64,000 bases of DNA, taken from a virus (taxonomy: Duplodnaviria; Caudoviricetes). The stretch spans positions 32,001 to 96,000 of IMG/VR virus record IMGVR_UViG_3300033121_002118. One strand, 5' to 3'. A program made the position numbers and the translations under genes. Below are positions 27,480 to 36,087 of the stretch, piece after piece (within the stretch, counting starts at the first letter, position 1; each line of letters begins with the position of its first letter). Under the pieces are notes generated by a model. The model made no database searches. It saw only the letters and a program-made list of their open reading frames with translations, and had not been told where the DNA came from.

Positions 27480-28349
27480 TCATGCGCCTGCCTTCAGTGT
27501 CTTGGTCACGACTGCGGTGTACTCCTGCCTGGTCGTGAGCGTGGGCTTGATGACGCTGATGGCGGTGCCGCTGATGTTGTCGACGAGGTAGATGTTCCCG
27601 TCCGCGTCAGCCATCTTTTTTCTGTCACGAATGAAGTGTGCCTTCTCGCCGACGTCGAGACCCGCGCCCGGACGGGACGGAAAGAACACATACGAAAAGT
27701 CGGGCGGCTGGAACGTCTCGTAGTCCAGCGCATCCTCGCCGACGATTCCGGCGTAACGCCGGGCCCAACGGTACGTATTGGTGCGCTCAAGCTTCGCCTC
27801 GCTCGGCGACCTGGCGTCCCAGATGAGGCTCGAGGCGCTGTCGTCGTATAGCTCATGGCCCGCCGACTCGGCCGCGACGTAGAGCTGACGCTTCGTGAAC
27901 TTTGTCGCAGGCAGGACATCAAGAGCCCTGACGTCCAATGAGGCCTGCGCGCCACGCGCGGCCGAGGCCCGCTGTCTTTCCTGCTTCTTCTCGGCGTCCC
28001 TGATCTCCTCCATGCGTGCCGCTTGGAACCATGGCCCGCTGTCGTCGTGCTGCAGTGGGCCGATGCGCCACGTGGACGCGGCCTCGGGATCTGAGACGAG
28101 GAAATCGTGGATGCGTGCGTGCTCGGCTGGGCTGACGGTCGCGCCGTCGGCGTCGTGCTGGCGACCAGGCCTGACCCTCGACCACGAAGCATACGCGAGC
28201 GCCAGGCGGATCTTCCTGAGCAGCGGGAAGCGCCGTGCGATATTCTCGACAGCATCCATCTGCGCCTTCATCCGCCGCTCGGCCGCAGCGAAGTCATGCT
28301 TGACGGCCTCCTGCACAAGCCGCCTGATTCTGCCCAGCGTGATCCTCAT
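27480..28349 (-). CDS. Leader-family protein, 289 aa, unknown cargo
   Basis: MRITLGRIRRLVQEAV; TATCTA box 5 nt upstream. Confidence 0.7.
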   Translation of the reverse strand: MRITLGRIRRLVQEAVKHDFAAAERRMKAQMDAVENIARRFPLLRKIRLALAYASWSRVRPGRQHDADGATVSPAEHARIHDFLVSDPEAASTWRIGPLQHDDSGPWFQAARMEEIRDAEKKQERQRASAARGAQASLDVRALDVLPATKFTKRQLYVAAESAGHELYDDSASSLIWDARSPSEAKLERTNTYRWARRYAGIVGEDALDYETFQPPDFSYVFFPSRPGAGLDVGEKAHFIRDRKKMADADGNIYLVDNISGTAISVIKPTLTTRQEYTAVVTKTLKAGA

Positions 28350-29209
28350 GCTGGTAGATAGTCGACCAACACGGCCTCGTGCTCGTTCGTGTCGGCCCAG
28401 GTGTGCAGGGCCGCCAGCTTGCGCTCGTCGTCTTCACGCACCAGGCCCTTCACCTCGAACACCACGGGCTCGTGCAGGGCCACAAAGTCGGGCACGTACT
28501 GGTGCTGGTTCCCGTCGCCTCCGACATACGGGACCCGCAGCCCGTGCTCCTTCGTCACCGGGTAGCCCTCGCGAACGCAGCGGTCCAGGAACGCCGACTC
28601 CCAGCTCGAGTGCATGCGCTCCTCCTTGCCCGTGAACGGGTTGTGCTTCCACTTCGCCTTGAAGGGCGCACAGGGGCCGATCTTGTCCTGTTCCAGGAGC
28701 ACGATGGCTCGATCGGAGGCCTCGCGACGGCGTTGCTGGGCGAGTGGTGAGGAAGTCCAGAAGCGCCTGTTGCCCTGCGAGACCTTTTCCGCGCGATTCG
28801 TGGTCGCATACGCCTCTTTCTGTGCAGCGCGCTGCGCGTCGCGGTACGCCTGGGTCTTCATCTGCTCCCGGCGCGGGTCGTCGCCGTCCCATCGCTTCTT
28901 CGCGGCCGCCGAGTAGCGTGCCCTCTGTTCCGCCGTGCGCCGCTTGCCGAAGTTGGGCGATGCCTCGCCCTTGAGCCTGCCCATCGCGTTGTCCTCGCCG
29001 GAGGCGGCGCATGACCTCGAGCAAAAGTCGCGAAACCCTCCGTTGTGCCACTTCCTCGGGCTTCCGCACTTGCACCTGGGCCAGATGCCGCCGTGCTCGT
29101 GGCGCACCAGGTACTCGACGTACGTCGTGCCGTGTGCCTTGCGCAGGTGGTACCCGAGCGCGTTCGGTGCCGAACACTCGGTGCCGCAGTCCTTACACAC
29201 GACAGCCAT
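28346..29209 (-). CDS. Homing-endonuclease-like protein: C2H2 finger, NUMOD3, TnsA-like nuclease domain
   Basis: CKDC..HLRKAH; SPNFGKRRTAE; SSWESAF..YVPDF..EVKG. Confidence 0.7.
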   Translation of the reverse strand: MAVVCKDCGTECSAPNALGYHLRKAHGTTYVEYLVRHEHGGIWPRCKCGSPRKWHNGGFRDFCSRSCAASGEDNAMGRLKGEASPNFGKRRTAEQRARYSAAAKKRWDGDDPRREQMKTQAYRDAQRAAQKEAYATTNRAEKVSQGNRRFWTSSPLAQQRRREASDRAIVLLEQDKIGPCAPFKAKWKHNPFTGKEERMHSSWESAFLDRCVREGYPVTKEHGLRVPYVGGDGNQHQYVPDFVALHEPVVFEVKGLVREDDERKLAALHTWADTNEHEAVLVDYLPA

Positions 29210-29252
29210 GCAACGACAGTAGATGGTACGATAGGTTTTGTTTGGAAACGAC

Positions 29253-29280
29253 GAGCGCCCTGGTGTACACCAGGGCGCTC
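29253..29280 (-). terminator. Perfect 28-bp palindrome; likely intrinsic terminator after the major capsid gene
   Basis: GAGCGCCCTGGTGT|ACACCAGGGCGCTC, followed on the minus strand by GTCGTTT, about 50 nt after the capsid stop. Confidence 0.7.
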
Positions 29281-29331
29281 TAGCCGATCAGGTCCTCACA
29301 TCATCTGATCCTGCGCCAAATTCGGCGCCGA

Positions 29332-31224
29332 TCAAATGATGTTAAGATCGAGCACTGTCACAATCCCGTAAAAATCACTGCGGATCATCTTCTTCCCGTA
29401 CCGGGTCATCACGCCCTTGCGGGGCGTGAAGTCCTCGGCCTGGAAGATGGTGGGCGTCACGATCAGCGGCACGTAGGGCGCGTACACGTACCCGGTCTCG
29501 AGGTAGCTGTTGCCCTTGTAGCCGACCAAGATGCGGTTGCGCGGGAAGTACGGGTCCTTGTAGACCGTGAACCTGTTCGACAGGCTTCCCACGTTCTCGC
29601 AGCCGATCGTGAAGGGCGAGCCCACCTGACCGTCGCCGTCGATCGAGTACTTGGGCTTGTAGAACACCGACGACTCGAGGATCGTGCAGACGTCCGGGCC
29701 CGTGACCAGGAAGTTGGCGCTGCCGCGCAGGGTCTTCCTGTGGATCGTGTTGGCGCAGTCGATGATGGTCTCGACCAGCGTCTGGTACCAGTCCGCGACC
29801 GTGCCCGTGAACTGCGGGCCGATCGACAGCGAGTTGGCCAGGTTGACGGGCGCGCCCGTCAGCTTGTTGACGAAGCGGCCCGGGGCGCGCGACCAGTACA
29901 TCTGGGCGCCGTTGGCCTGCGTGAGCAGGTCCATCAGGATCTCGCGGTCGATCTCCAGGGCGATCTGCTCGCTCAGGATGGTCGTGAGCTCCACCTCGGC
30001 GTCCATCGAGTGGTACGCGTTCAGGTCCTGCGCGAGCTCGGGGCTCCACTTGGCCCTGAGCTTCCTGGAGGTCGCCGTGATCGAGATGGACTCGATCTTG
30101 ATGTCGATCTCCGGGATGACAGGCGACGGCGTCGAGCCGAAGTCGGTCTCGAACGAGGGGACGGTCAGGACCGCGCCCGTGCTGTCGCCTGCCACCAGCG
30201 CGTCGGCGATGGAGATCGACATCTTGGCCGCGGCCGTGTTCCAGGTCGGAACCGAGCCGCCGTTGCTGAGCTTCAGGGCGAACAGGACGTGGTCACCGTT
30301 GAGCGGATCGGGCGTGAAGGTCGAGCCGTTCCAGTTGCCGCGCTGGTTGAGCCTGCGCAGGTTCAGGAGGCCCTGGCCCGACTGGTACGTCTGGCCCCAC
30401 GCCGTGGTGCTGCCCGCGCCCGGGAACGAGAAGACGGCCAGCTGGTCCACGGCCAGCAGGTCGGCCTTCGGGATCGAGGACTGGATGGCCGCGGTCGAGA
30501 CCAGGCCGAAGACCACGTCCAGCTGCGCGTTCGCCAGGTCCACGTCGATCTGCGGGTCGAAGCGGAGCATCCTGGCGTTGGTGCCCGAGAAGTCGGTCGC
30601 CGCCGCGACGATGCCGCCCGCGGTCCAGGCCTCGGACGCGCCCGTCCAGGCGCCGATGTTGAGGTTCGAGCCCGACATGCTGAGGGTGCCGGAGTGCACC
30701 TTCGTGTAGCCGGTGTTCACCATGTCGTACATGCCGCCCGTGGCGAGCGAGCCCGACTGGATCCCCTTGCCCGTGGGGTTGTTGTAGATCGACTGGCCGC
30801 GCTGGTAGGTCTCGAAGGTGGGAGAGCTGGTCATGCCCGCCTCGCCGCCCACGTTGGACCCGTACGTGTAGTCGATGAAGAAGATCAGGCCTGAGGGCAG
30901 CGACATGGGCTGGATCGAGACCAGCTCGTTCGCGACCAGGCCACCGAAGACGCGGCGGATGATCGGAAACGCGATGTTGCTGAAGCCCTGGATCTGCCCG
31001 CTCGACGTGACGGCGCCGCCGCCCGTCGACAGGGAGTTCGACTCGCGCAGGACCTGCGCCGCCTGGTTCTCCAGGAGCTGGGCCATGTACTCGCGGCGGT
31101 GGCTCTCGAGCCCACGGAGCAGGCCTGTCCTGCTCCACTTCTCGATGAGGCGCCGCCTCTCGACACCGACGTGGCGCTCGCGGAAGCCCTCAGTGAGCTG
31201 CTCGAGCGTGAAAAACTTCGCCAT
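29332..31224 (-). CDS. gp23: Major capsid protein (T4 gp23-like)
   Basis: KWSRTGLL.GL..LLENQA; FP.IRRVF..L.A.ELVS.QPM.LPSGL; RKLRAKWSPELAQDLNAYH; GYVYAPYVPL..F.PRKGVMTRY. Confidence 0.97.
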   Translation of the reverse strand: MAKFFTLEQLTEGFRERHVGVERRRLIEKWSRTGLLRGLESHRREYMAQLLENQAAQVLRESNSLSTGGGAVTSSGQIQGFSNIAFPIIRRVFGGLVANELVSIQPMSLPSGLIFFIDYTYGSNVGGEAGMTSSPTFETYQRGQSIYNNPTGKGIQSGSLATGGMYDMVNTGYTKVHSGTLSMSGSNLNIGAWTGASEAWTAGGIVAAATDFSGTNARMLRFDPQIDVDLANAQLDVVFGLVSTAAIQSSIPKADLLAVDQLAVFSFPGAGSTTAWGQTYQSGQGLLNLRRLNQRGNWNGSTFTPDPLNGDHVLFALKLSNGGSVPTWNTAAAKMSISIADALVAGDSTGAVLTVPSFETDFGSTPSPVIPEIDIKIESISITATSRKLRAKWSPELAQDLNAYHSMDAEVELTTILSEQIALEIDREILMDLLTQANGAQMYWSRAPGRFVNKLTGAPVNLANSLSIGPQFTGTVADWYQTLVETIIDCANTIHRKTLRGSANFLVTGPDVCTILESSVFYKPKYSIDGDGQVGSPFTIGCENVGSLSNRFTVYKDPYFPRNRILVGYKGNSYLETGYVYAPYVPLIVTPTIFQAEDFTPRKGVMTRYGKKMIRSDFYGIVTVLDLNII

Positions 31225-31269
31225 GACGAAAAACCTTTCCTTGCCCCAATTGGGGACTTCAGCCAGTGA

Positions 31270-33069
31270 TCAGCGGATGCCTGCGAGCACCGCCCACCGG
31301 GCCGCCTCGGACGACTCGTTCAGAGTCGTGCTGGCGGGCCTGGTCGGCCGCGACGACGAGCCCCGGACCGGACGGTCCATGGACTCCGACAGCGCCCTCG
31401 AACGCTTCGTGAGCGAACCCACGAGAGCCTCGTAGACGAGCTTGACCTCCCGCGGGCTCCTCGCGGCCTCGAGCTTCTCGACGACGTCAGCGCGCTGCTG
31501 GGCCGTGAGCGACTCGTTCTGGAGCAGCTTCGTGGTTGCGGTCAGCTTGGCGTTGCGCAGATTCACCTGCACCAACTGGCTGCGGAGGTTTCTTTCGGCG
31601 ATGCCTGCCCCCGCGCGGGCTCGCCCCGGGCCGCCATTCGGGCGGACCCCTGCACGGAACCGGGTGGCGCTCTCAGCCACGCGGCCCGAAGTCTGTCGGC
31701 CGGCCGGAGCCGTCCTGCATGCGCGGCGGTAGGCCGCGGTCGCCTCGGCGATCCTGCGAGCGTCGCCCGAGCGCCGGGCCCTGCGAACGGCCTCCCGAAG
31801 CGAGGCGAGCCGTCCGCGACGGGCACCCTCCATCGGCATGTCATTGTCGCACTCGTCCATGGGGGGCTCGTCGCCCTCGCCCATGTCGATCTCCAGCACC
31901 TCGTCGTCGCCGTCGGCCTCGCCGACCACCTTGATCGAGGTGGCGCCCACCGGGACGTCGCTGTCGAGCCAGGGATCACCCTCGTCCGAGCCGCCGCCGA
32001 AGTCGTCCAGCTCGGCCCCTCGGGGCGCCTTGCCCTTGGTGGAGGGGACGGCTTCCTCGCGCAGCGAACGCGCCCTGGCGATCTCCCTGCGCAGCATGCC
32101 TTCGTCGATCTCGACGACCGTGTTGTCGCTCAGCCGCTGCCGTGACTCGCCCATCTTCTTGTCCTCGCCGTCATCGTCTCCGCCCAGGTCCAGGTCCAGG
32201 TCGTCGCCGCCCTCGCCGCCCGAGCCACCGTCCAGGTCCAGGTCGCCGACATCGTCGCCGCCCTCGCCCTCGCCCTCTTCGTCCTTGATCAGGTCGACGC
32301 CCACGTTGTCGAGGTCGATCGAGGGATCGATGCCCGTGAGCTTCAGGGTGATCTCACCCTCGCCCTCATTGACTCGCGCACCCATACCCCGCTTCGACAT
32401 CTCCGTGAGCCTCCCCAACGCCCTGTTGAAAGCCTCGAGCTTCCTCTCGAGCGCCTGCTTCTTGGAGGAGTCCTTGACCGACTCCTGCACGCGCTCATAC
32501 GTATTCTTCACCCGGGAGATCATCTCGTCGATCTTCCGACGAAAGGCCGGGCGCCGCCGTGCCTGCGGATCTGCCCGCACGGCGGCCGCAACTTCCTCAC
32601 CGAGCCGGTAGGTCCTGAGCTCAGTCTCGTCCGCAGACCACCTGCCGGTACCGACGAGCACGGGCTCCAGCACCGAGAGCGACTCGGCGTTCAGCACGAA
32701 GTCCGCCCCCGGATCGCCCGGCTGTCCAGGATCGCCTGCGGGCACAGGCATGCCGTCATCGGCGGCATCGCACGGGCCCAATCCGTCCAGGTCCAACATC
32801 ACCTTGCCGTCAGGTCCAGGCGGACTGATCGCAGCAGCGGTGGGATCTGCGCCCTGAGAAACGGGCTGCAGGGGATCAGGCACGTCGAACAGGACGTCGT
32901 CGTCCTGCTCGGGACCGAGCCCCTGGTTTTCGAGCAGGCTGCGTTCGATCGCCTCCCGGATCTTCGGGGCAACGGCGTCGATGATCGCTCGCTTCGCGTT
33001 GTCCTCCGCGACGCTCATGACCTGCTTCGCGTCTGCGATGGCCTCCTCGTATAGCTGTCTCGTCGCCAT
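31270..33069 (-). CDS. Prohead core/scaffold protein (gp22-like)
   Basis: Directly upstream of the capsid gene; LYEEAIADAK start; acidic low-complexity middle; VNL.NAKL..KL; ends RWAVLAGIR; many L/I-x-E sites. Confidence 0.8.
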   Translation of the reverse strand: MATRQLYEEAIADAKQVMSVAEDNAKRAIIDAVAPKIREAIERSLLENQGLGPEQDDDVLFDVPDPLQPVSQGADPTAAAISPPGPDGKVMLDLDGLGPCDAADDGMPVPAGDPGQPGDPGADFVLNAESLSVLEPVLVGTGRWSADETELRTYRLGEEVAAAVRADPQARRRPAFRRKIDEMISRVKNTYERVQESVKDSSKKQALERKLEAFNRALGRLTEMSKRGMGARVNEGEGEITLKLTGIDPSIDLDNVGVDLIKDEEGEGEGGDDVGDLDLDGGSGGEGGDDLDLDLGGDDDGEDKKMGESRQRLSDNTVVEIDEGMLRREIARARSLREEAVPSTKGKAPRGAELDDFGGGSDEGDPWLDSDVPVGATSIKVVGEADGDDEVLEIDMGEGDEPPMDECDNDMPMEGARRGRLASLREAVRRARRSGDARRIAEATAAYRRACRTAPAGRQTSGRVAESATRFRAGVRPNGGPGRARAGAGIAERNLRSQLVQVNLRNAKLTATTKLLQNESLTAQQRADVVEKLEAARSPREVKLVYEALVGSLTKRSRALSESMDRPVRGSSSRPTRPASTTLNESSEAARWAVLAGIR

Positions 33070-33112
33070 GCTGTCCCCCTAAGTATCGCCCGCCGCCGAA
33101 GCGCTGCCTGCG

Positions 33113-33577
33113 TCAGGCCTTGGGGCTCTGACCCATGACCAAGGGCTTGCCCAACATCGTCGCCGAGACAGCGGGCACGGCCGCCGCCGGATCCATCGTC
33201 CCGTTCTCGCCCGGCACGAAATTGGGCCTGATGTCGGTCGGGACCAGGCCCGCGTCCGGCATCTTGGTCGGATCGGCACCGTTGCCCTCGCCCGGGGACG
33301 CCAGGTTGGGCGTGTAGGGCGTGCCAGGCTTGCCGGCGTCTCCCACCTGTACGTCGGAGAACTTGGGAGCAGTCCCATAGTTCATGTCGACGGACGGGTA
33401 CAGCTGCAGGTCGCCCTGCTGCAGCGCAGGGATCAACCTCGCGTTCGCCGTGTCGACCAGCTTCGTGTGCCCATAGGAACCGTCGTACTGGGGCGAGCTC
33501 TTGAAGAGCTTCTCCAGCAGCGGCTTCTTGGCAGGCAGCTTGTCGTAGACCGTGCCGTACTTTCCTTCACCGGGCAT
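33113..33577 (-). CDS. Hypothetical head-module protein (Pro/Gly-rich)
   Basis: AGGAGG upstream; GDAGKPGTPYTPNLASPGEG motif. Confidence 0.65.
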   Translation of the reverse strand: MPGEGKYGTVYDKLPAKKPLLEKLFKSSPQYDGSYGHTKLVDTANARLIPALQQGDLQLYPSVDMNYGTAPKFSDVQVGDAGKPGTPYTPNLASPGEGNGADPTKMPDAGLVPTDIRPNFVPGENGTMDPAAAVPAVSATMLGKPLVMGQSPKA

Positions 33578-33601
33578 CGCGCAATCCTCCTGACGTGTTC
33601 C

Positions 33602-34063
33602 TCAGTCCACCAGCTCCCGCACGAGGCGCCGACGCTGCTCCCTGATGCTGGCCAGGCGACGCATCAGGCGTGCCTCCTCGGTCTTCAGGGCCTTGGCATG
33701 GTCGACCTTGCGCTCGAGCGTGCCCGCGTACTCGTCCGCGTCGACCTCGTCGGCCTTGACGCTCTCCACGTCCTTCATCTTGCCCAGGCCCTTGGCCTCG
33801 GTCCGACGCGAGCGCGTCATCTCCTCCCCCACGATCTTCCTGAGCAGCTCCGATGTCAGCCTCATGGTCCCCCGTCCTTTTCCTTCAGGCACGCTCATGG
33901 CCTGATCGACGCCTGATCCGTCGCACTTTCCACAGTTTCCGCTGCCACCGCAAGCCTTGCAGCGACCGCTGTCAGCGCGTCCCGTGGCACCGCACTCCAT
34001 GCAGCCTCCATCACCGTGGCAGGCTGTGCATCGCACCCTGGACTCTCGCACGACATTGCGCAT
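33602..34063 (-). CDS. DnaJ-type CxxCxGxG zinc-finger segment fused to a leader-family domain
   Basis: CTACHGDG, CMECGATG, CKACGGSG, CGKCDGSG, then MRLTSELLRKIVGEEM at 33865; TACTTA box 5 nt upstream of 34063. Confidence 0.6.
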   Translation of the reverse strand: MRNVVRESRVRCTACHGDGGCMECGATGRADSGRCKACGGSGNCGKCDGSGVDQAMSVPEGKGRGTMRLTSELLRKIVGEEMTRSRRTEAKGLGKMKDVESVKADEVDADEYAGTLERKVDHAKALKTEEARLMRRLASIREQRRRLVRELVD

Positions 34064-34074
34064 GCGCGTAAGTA

Positions 34075-34530
34075 TCAACCCTGTCCAGGGTCGCCGTCGT
34101 CCTCGGGCGGCAGGCCTTCGGACGCTCCCGGACGACCGGGCATGAAGGCGAGCTTGCTCCATCTGTCCACCGCGCCCGAGTCGAACATCTGCTCGGGCGC
34201 GACGCTCGCGACCGCGCGCTGGGCCGCATCGCCCGAGACGGGACCACGACGCTCGCCCTCCAGCATGGCAGGCAGCGTGGTCGCCGCCGTGTCAGCGAGG
34301 ATGCCTGCCAGCACAGGGTCACCGCCCGAGTGCCTCCTGATCGCCTCCTTGACGGGCGCGGGCACGCTCGGACGCGTGGGCGCGGTACGCGAGGGCGGCC
34401 CAGGACGCCTCTGGGTAACCGCCCGACGCTCCGCGACCTGTCCCTGCGGAATCGGGCCTAGCCCATCAGCCAGCAGCTCCAGCAGGCACTCCTTGACAAG
34501 GGCCTTGAGCTCAACACGCGAAAGCTTCAT
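34075..34530 (-). CDS. Conserved head-module protein with leader-like N-terminus
   Basis: MKLSRVELKALVKECLLE; DPVLAGILADTA.TT; W.KLAF. Confidence 0.7.
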   Translation of the reverse strand: MKLSRVELKALVKECLLELLADGLGPIPQGQVAERRAVTQRRPGPPSRTAPTRPSVPAPVKEAIRRHSGGDPVLAGILADTAATTLPAMLEGERRGPVSGDAAQRAVASVAPEQMFDSGAVDRWSKLAFMPGRPGASEGLPPEDDGDPGQG

Positions 34531-34574
34531 TGTGTCTCCATTGTCGACGTTTCCCGCGTTTTTCTGGTCGGCAC

Positions 34575-36086
34575 TCAGCGGACCAGGAGCTCAGCCAGCA
34601 GGCGGTCGATGCGCTCGACACGGGTCAACAGCCTGCCCTCGGCGATCCAAGGCGACCGCGCGCCCTCGGGCAGCATGAAGGCGCCCGGGGTGGAGGGCTC
34701 GCTCACGAAGTCCCAACAGATCAGCTGGAAGTCGTCCTGCACGACGACGTAGTCCCCCTGCTTCTGGGTCGAGCCCACGCCGCGTGAGGAGATGCCCAGC
34801 TGCACGTCGCCCTCCAGCAGGTCCTGGAGGATCTTGCCGGAGGGTGTGTTGAGGATCATGACGCGACCCCTGACCACGCCATCGTGGTCCATCGCGGCCT
34901 CGAGCACCCTGTGGGAGACGTTCTTGTAGCTCACCACGGACGAGTCGGGATGGTCGAGCTCGCCTGTCGCCCTGTGCTCGTTGATGAACTTCTGGTAGTT
35001 CCTGACCTCGCGCTCCAGGATCGCACGCGGGTAGACGCGGCCGTTCTGGTTGAGCGTGTCGGCCTTCTGAAGGATGCCGCTCACGACGATGAAGCCGTCG
35101 TTCTGCTCCCGCGACTCCTTGACCAAGGCAGGCGTCCGTGAGACGAACTCAGGCGCGGACACGAGGAGCCTGGGACCGGCCTGGGCACCAGACGGAGCGG
35201 CGCCCTCGACCAGCGGCGCGGCCGTGCCATCGACCTCGGACCGCAACCTGAGCCACGACAAGGCGCGGGCGAGGAGCGCGTCGTCCGCCTTGGTCAGGTC
35301 CTCCGCCACGACTGCCCGGCGGGCGGCACCGATCTGCTCATGCAGCACGACCAGGTCCTGCCCGGCCCGGTCGAGCCCCATGCGATCGAGCGAGGCAAGC
35401 GCGACCGCCCGGGCCTCCTCAAGGCGCCTGGTGAGCGCAGCGGGGTCAAAACCACCCGCAGACCTGAATGCGTAGGCACGCAGCAGGTCGCGCTGCGCAG
35501 GATCGAGCTGGCTCGAGTAGCGCTCGTTCAGGCGTCGGGTCATGATGTGTGCCGCGAGCCTGTTCACGCCTGGGCTCTCGTCGTTCAAGAAGCGCTCGCC
35601 CGCCGGGGTCGCCGCGGCCGACAGCCTCCGCACGAGCTCGTCCTCGTATCGAGCCAACCGGCCCAGGTCAGCATGGGCAGGATCGCGCCATTCGTTGAAC
35701 AGCGTCTGCACAGTGGCGTAGGCGCGGTAGTCCTCGACAGGGGCCTCGAAGAACGAATCGTCGTGAAAGGACCGTGCGATGGCCCGCAGCAGCTCGCCCT
35801 TCTCCTTGTCGAGCCGGACATGGTCCAGGCCCCGCGCCGCCGCCTTCGCCTCCCCCAAGATCGACGATGCGGTGGCCGGCGTGACGCCCGAGGTCTTCAT
35901 CAGCGCCCGAGCGATGCGGAGCTCCTTGTGCAGCTCCGTCCCCTGGGCAAAGTGCCGCTTCAGGAGCCGCAGTGCCGCCGCCTGGGCGCGCTTGTCGCCC
36001 TCCACGAGCGCCGCCGACATCCGGCGCACGATGAACTCCCACAGCAGCCCTGAATTCCTCTTTTTGTTGTGGCCACGGGTCGCCAT
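34575..36086 (-). CDS. gp21: Prohead protease (gp21/S77-like) fused to an N-terminal domain of about 300 aa
   Basis: C-terminal GILQKADTLNQNGRVYP..GELDHP..SH..TPSG.IL..LGISSRGVGS..DFVSEPSTPGA. Confidence 0.88.
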   Translation of the reverse strand: MATRGHNKKRNSGLLWEFIVRRMSAALVEGDKRAQAAALRLLKRHFAQGTELHKELRIARALMKTSGVTPATASSILGEAKAAARGLDHVRLDKEKGELLRAIARSFHDDSFFEAPVEDYRAYATVQTLFNEWRDPAHADLGRLARYEDELVRRLSAAATPAGERFLNDESPGVNRLAAHIMTRRLNERYSSQLDPAQRDLLRAYAFRSAGGFDPAALTRRLEEARAVALASLDRMGLDRAGQDLVVLHEQIGAARRAVVAEDLTKADDALLARALSWLRLRSEVDGTAAPLVEGAAPSGAQAGPRLLVSAPEFVSRTPALVKESREQNDGFIVVSGILQKADTLNQNGRVYPRAILEREVRNYQKFINEHRATGELDHPDSSVVSYKNVSHRVLEAAMDHDGVVRGRVMILNTPSGKILQDLLEGDVQLGISSRGVGSTQKQGDYVVVQDDFQLICWDFVSEPSTPGAFMLPEGARSPWIAEGRLLTRVERIDRLLAELLVR

Positions 36087-36087
36087 C

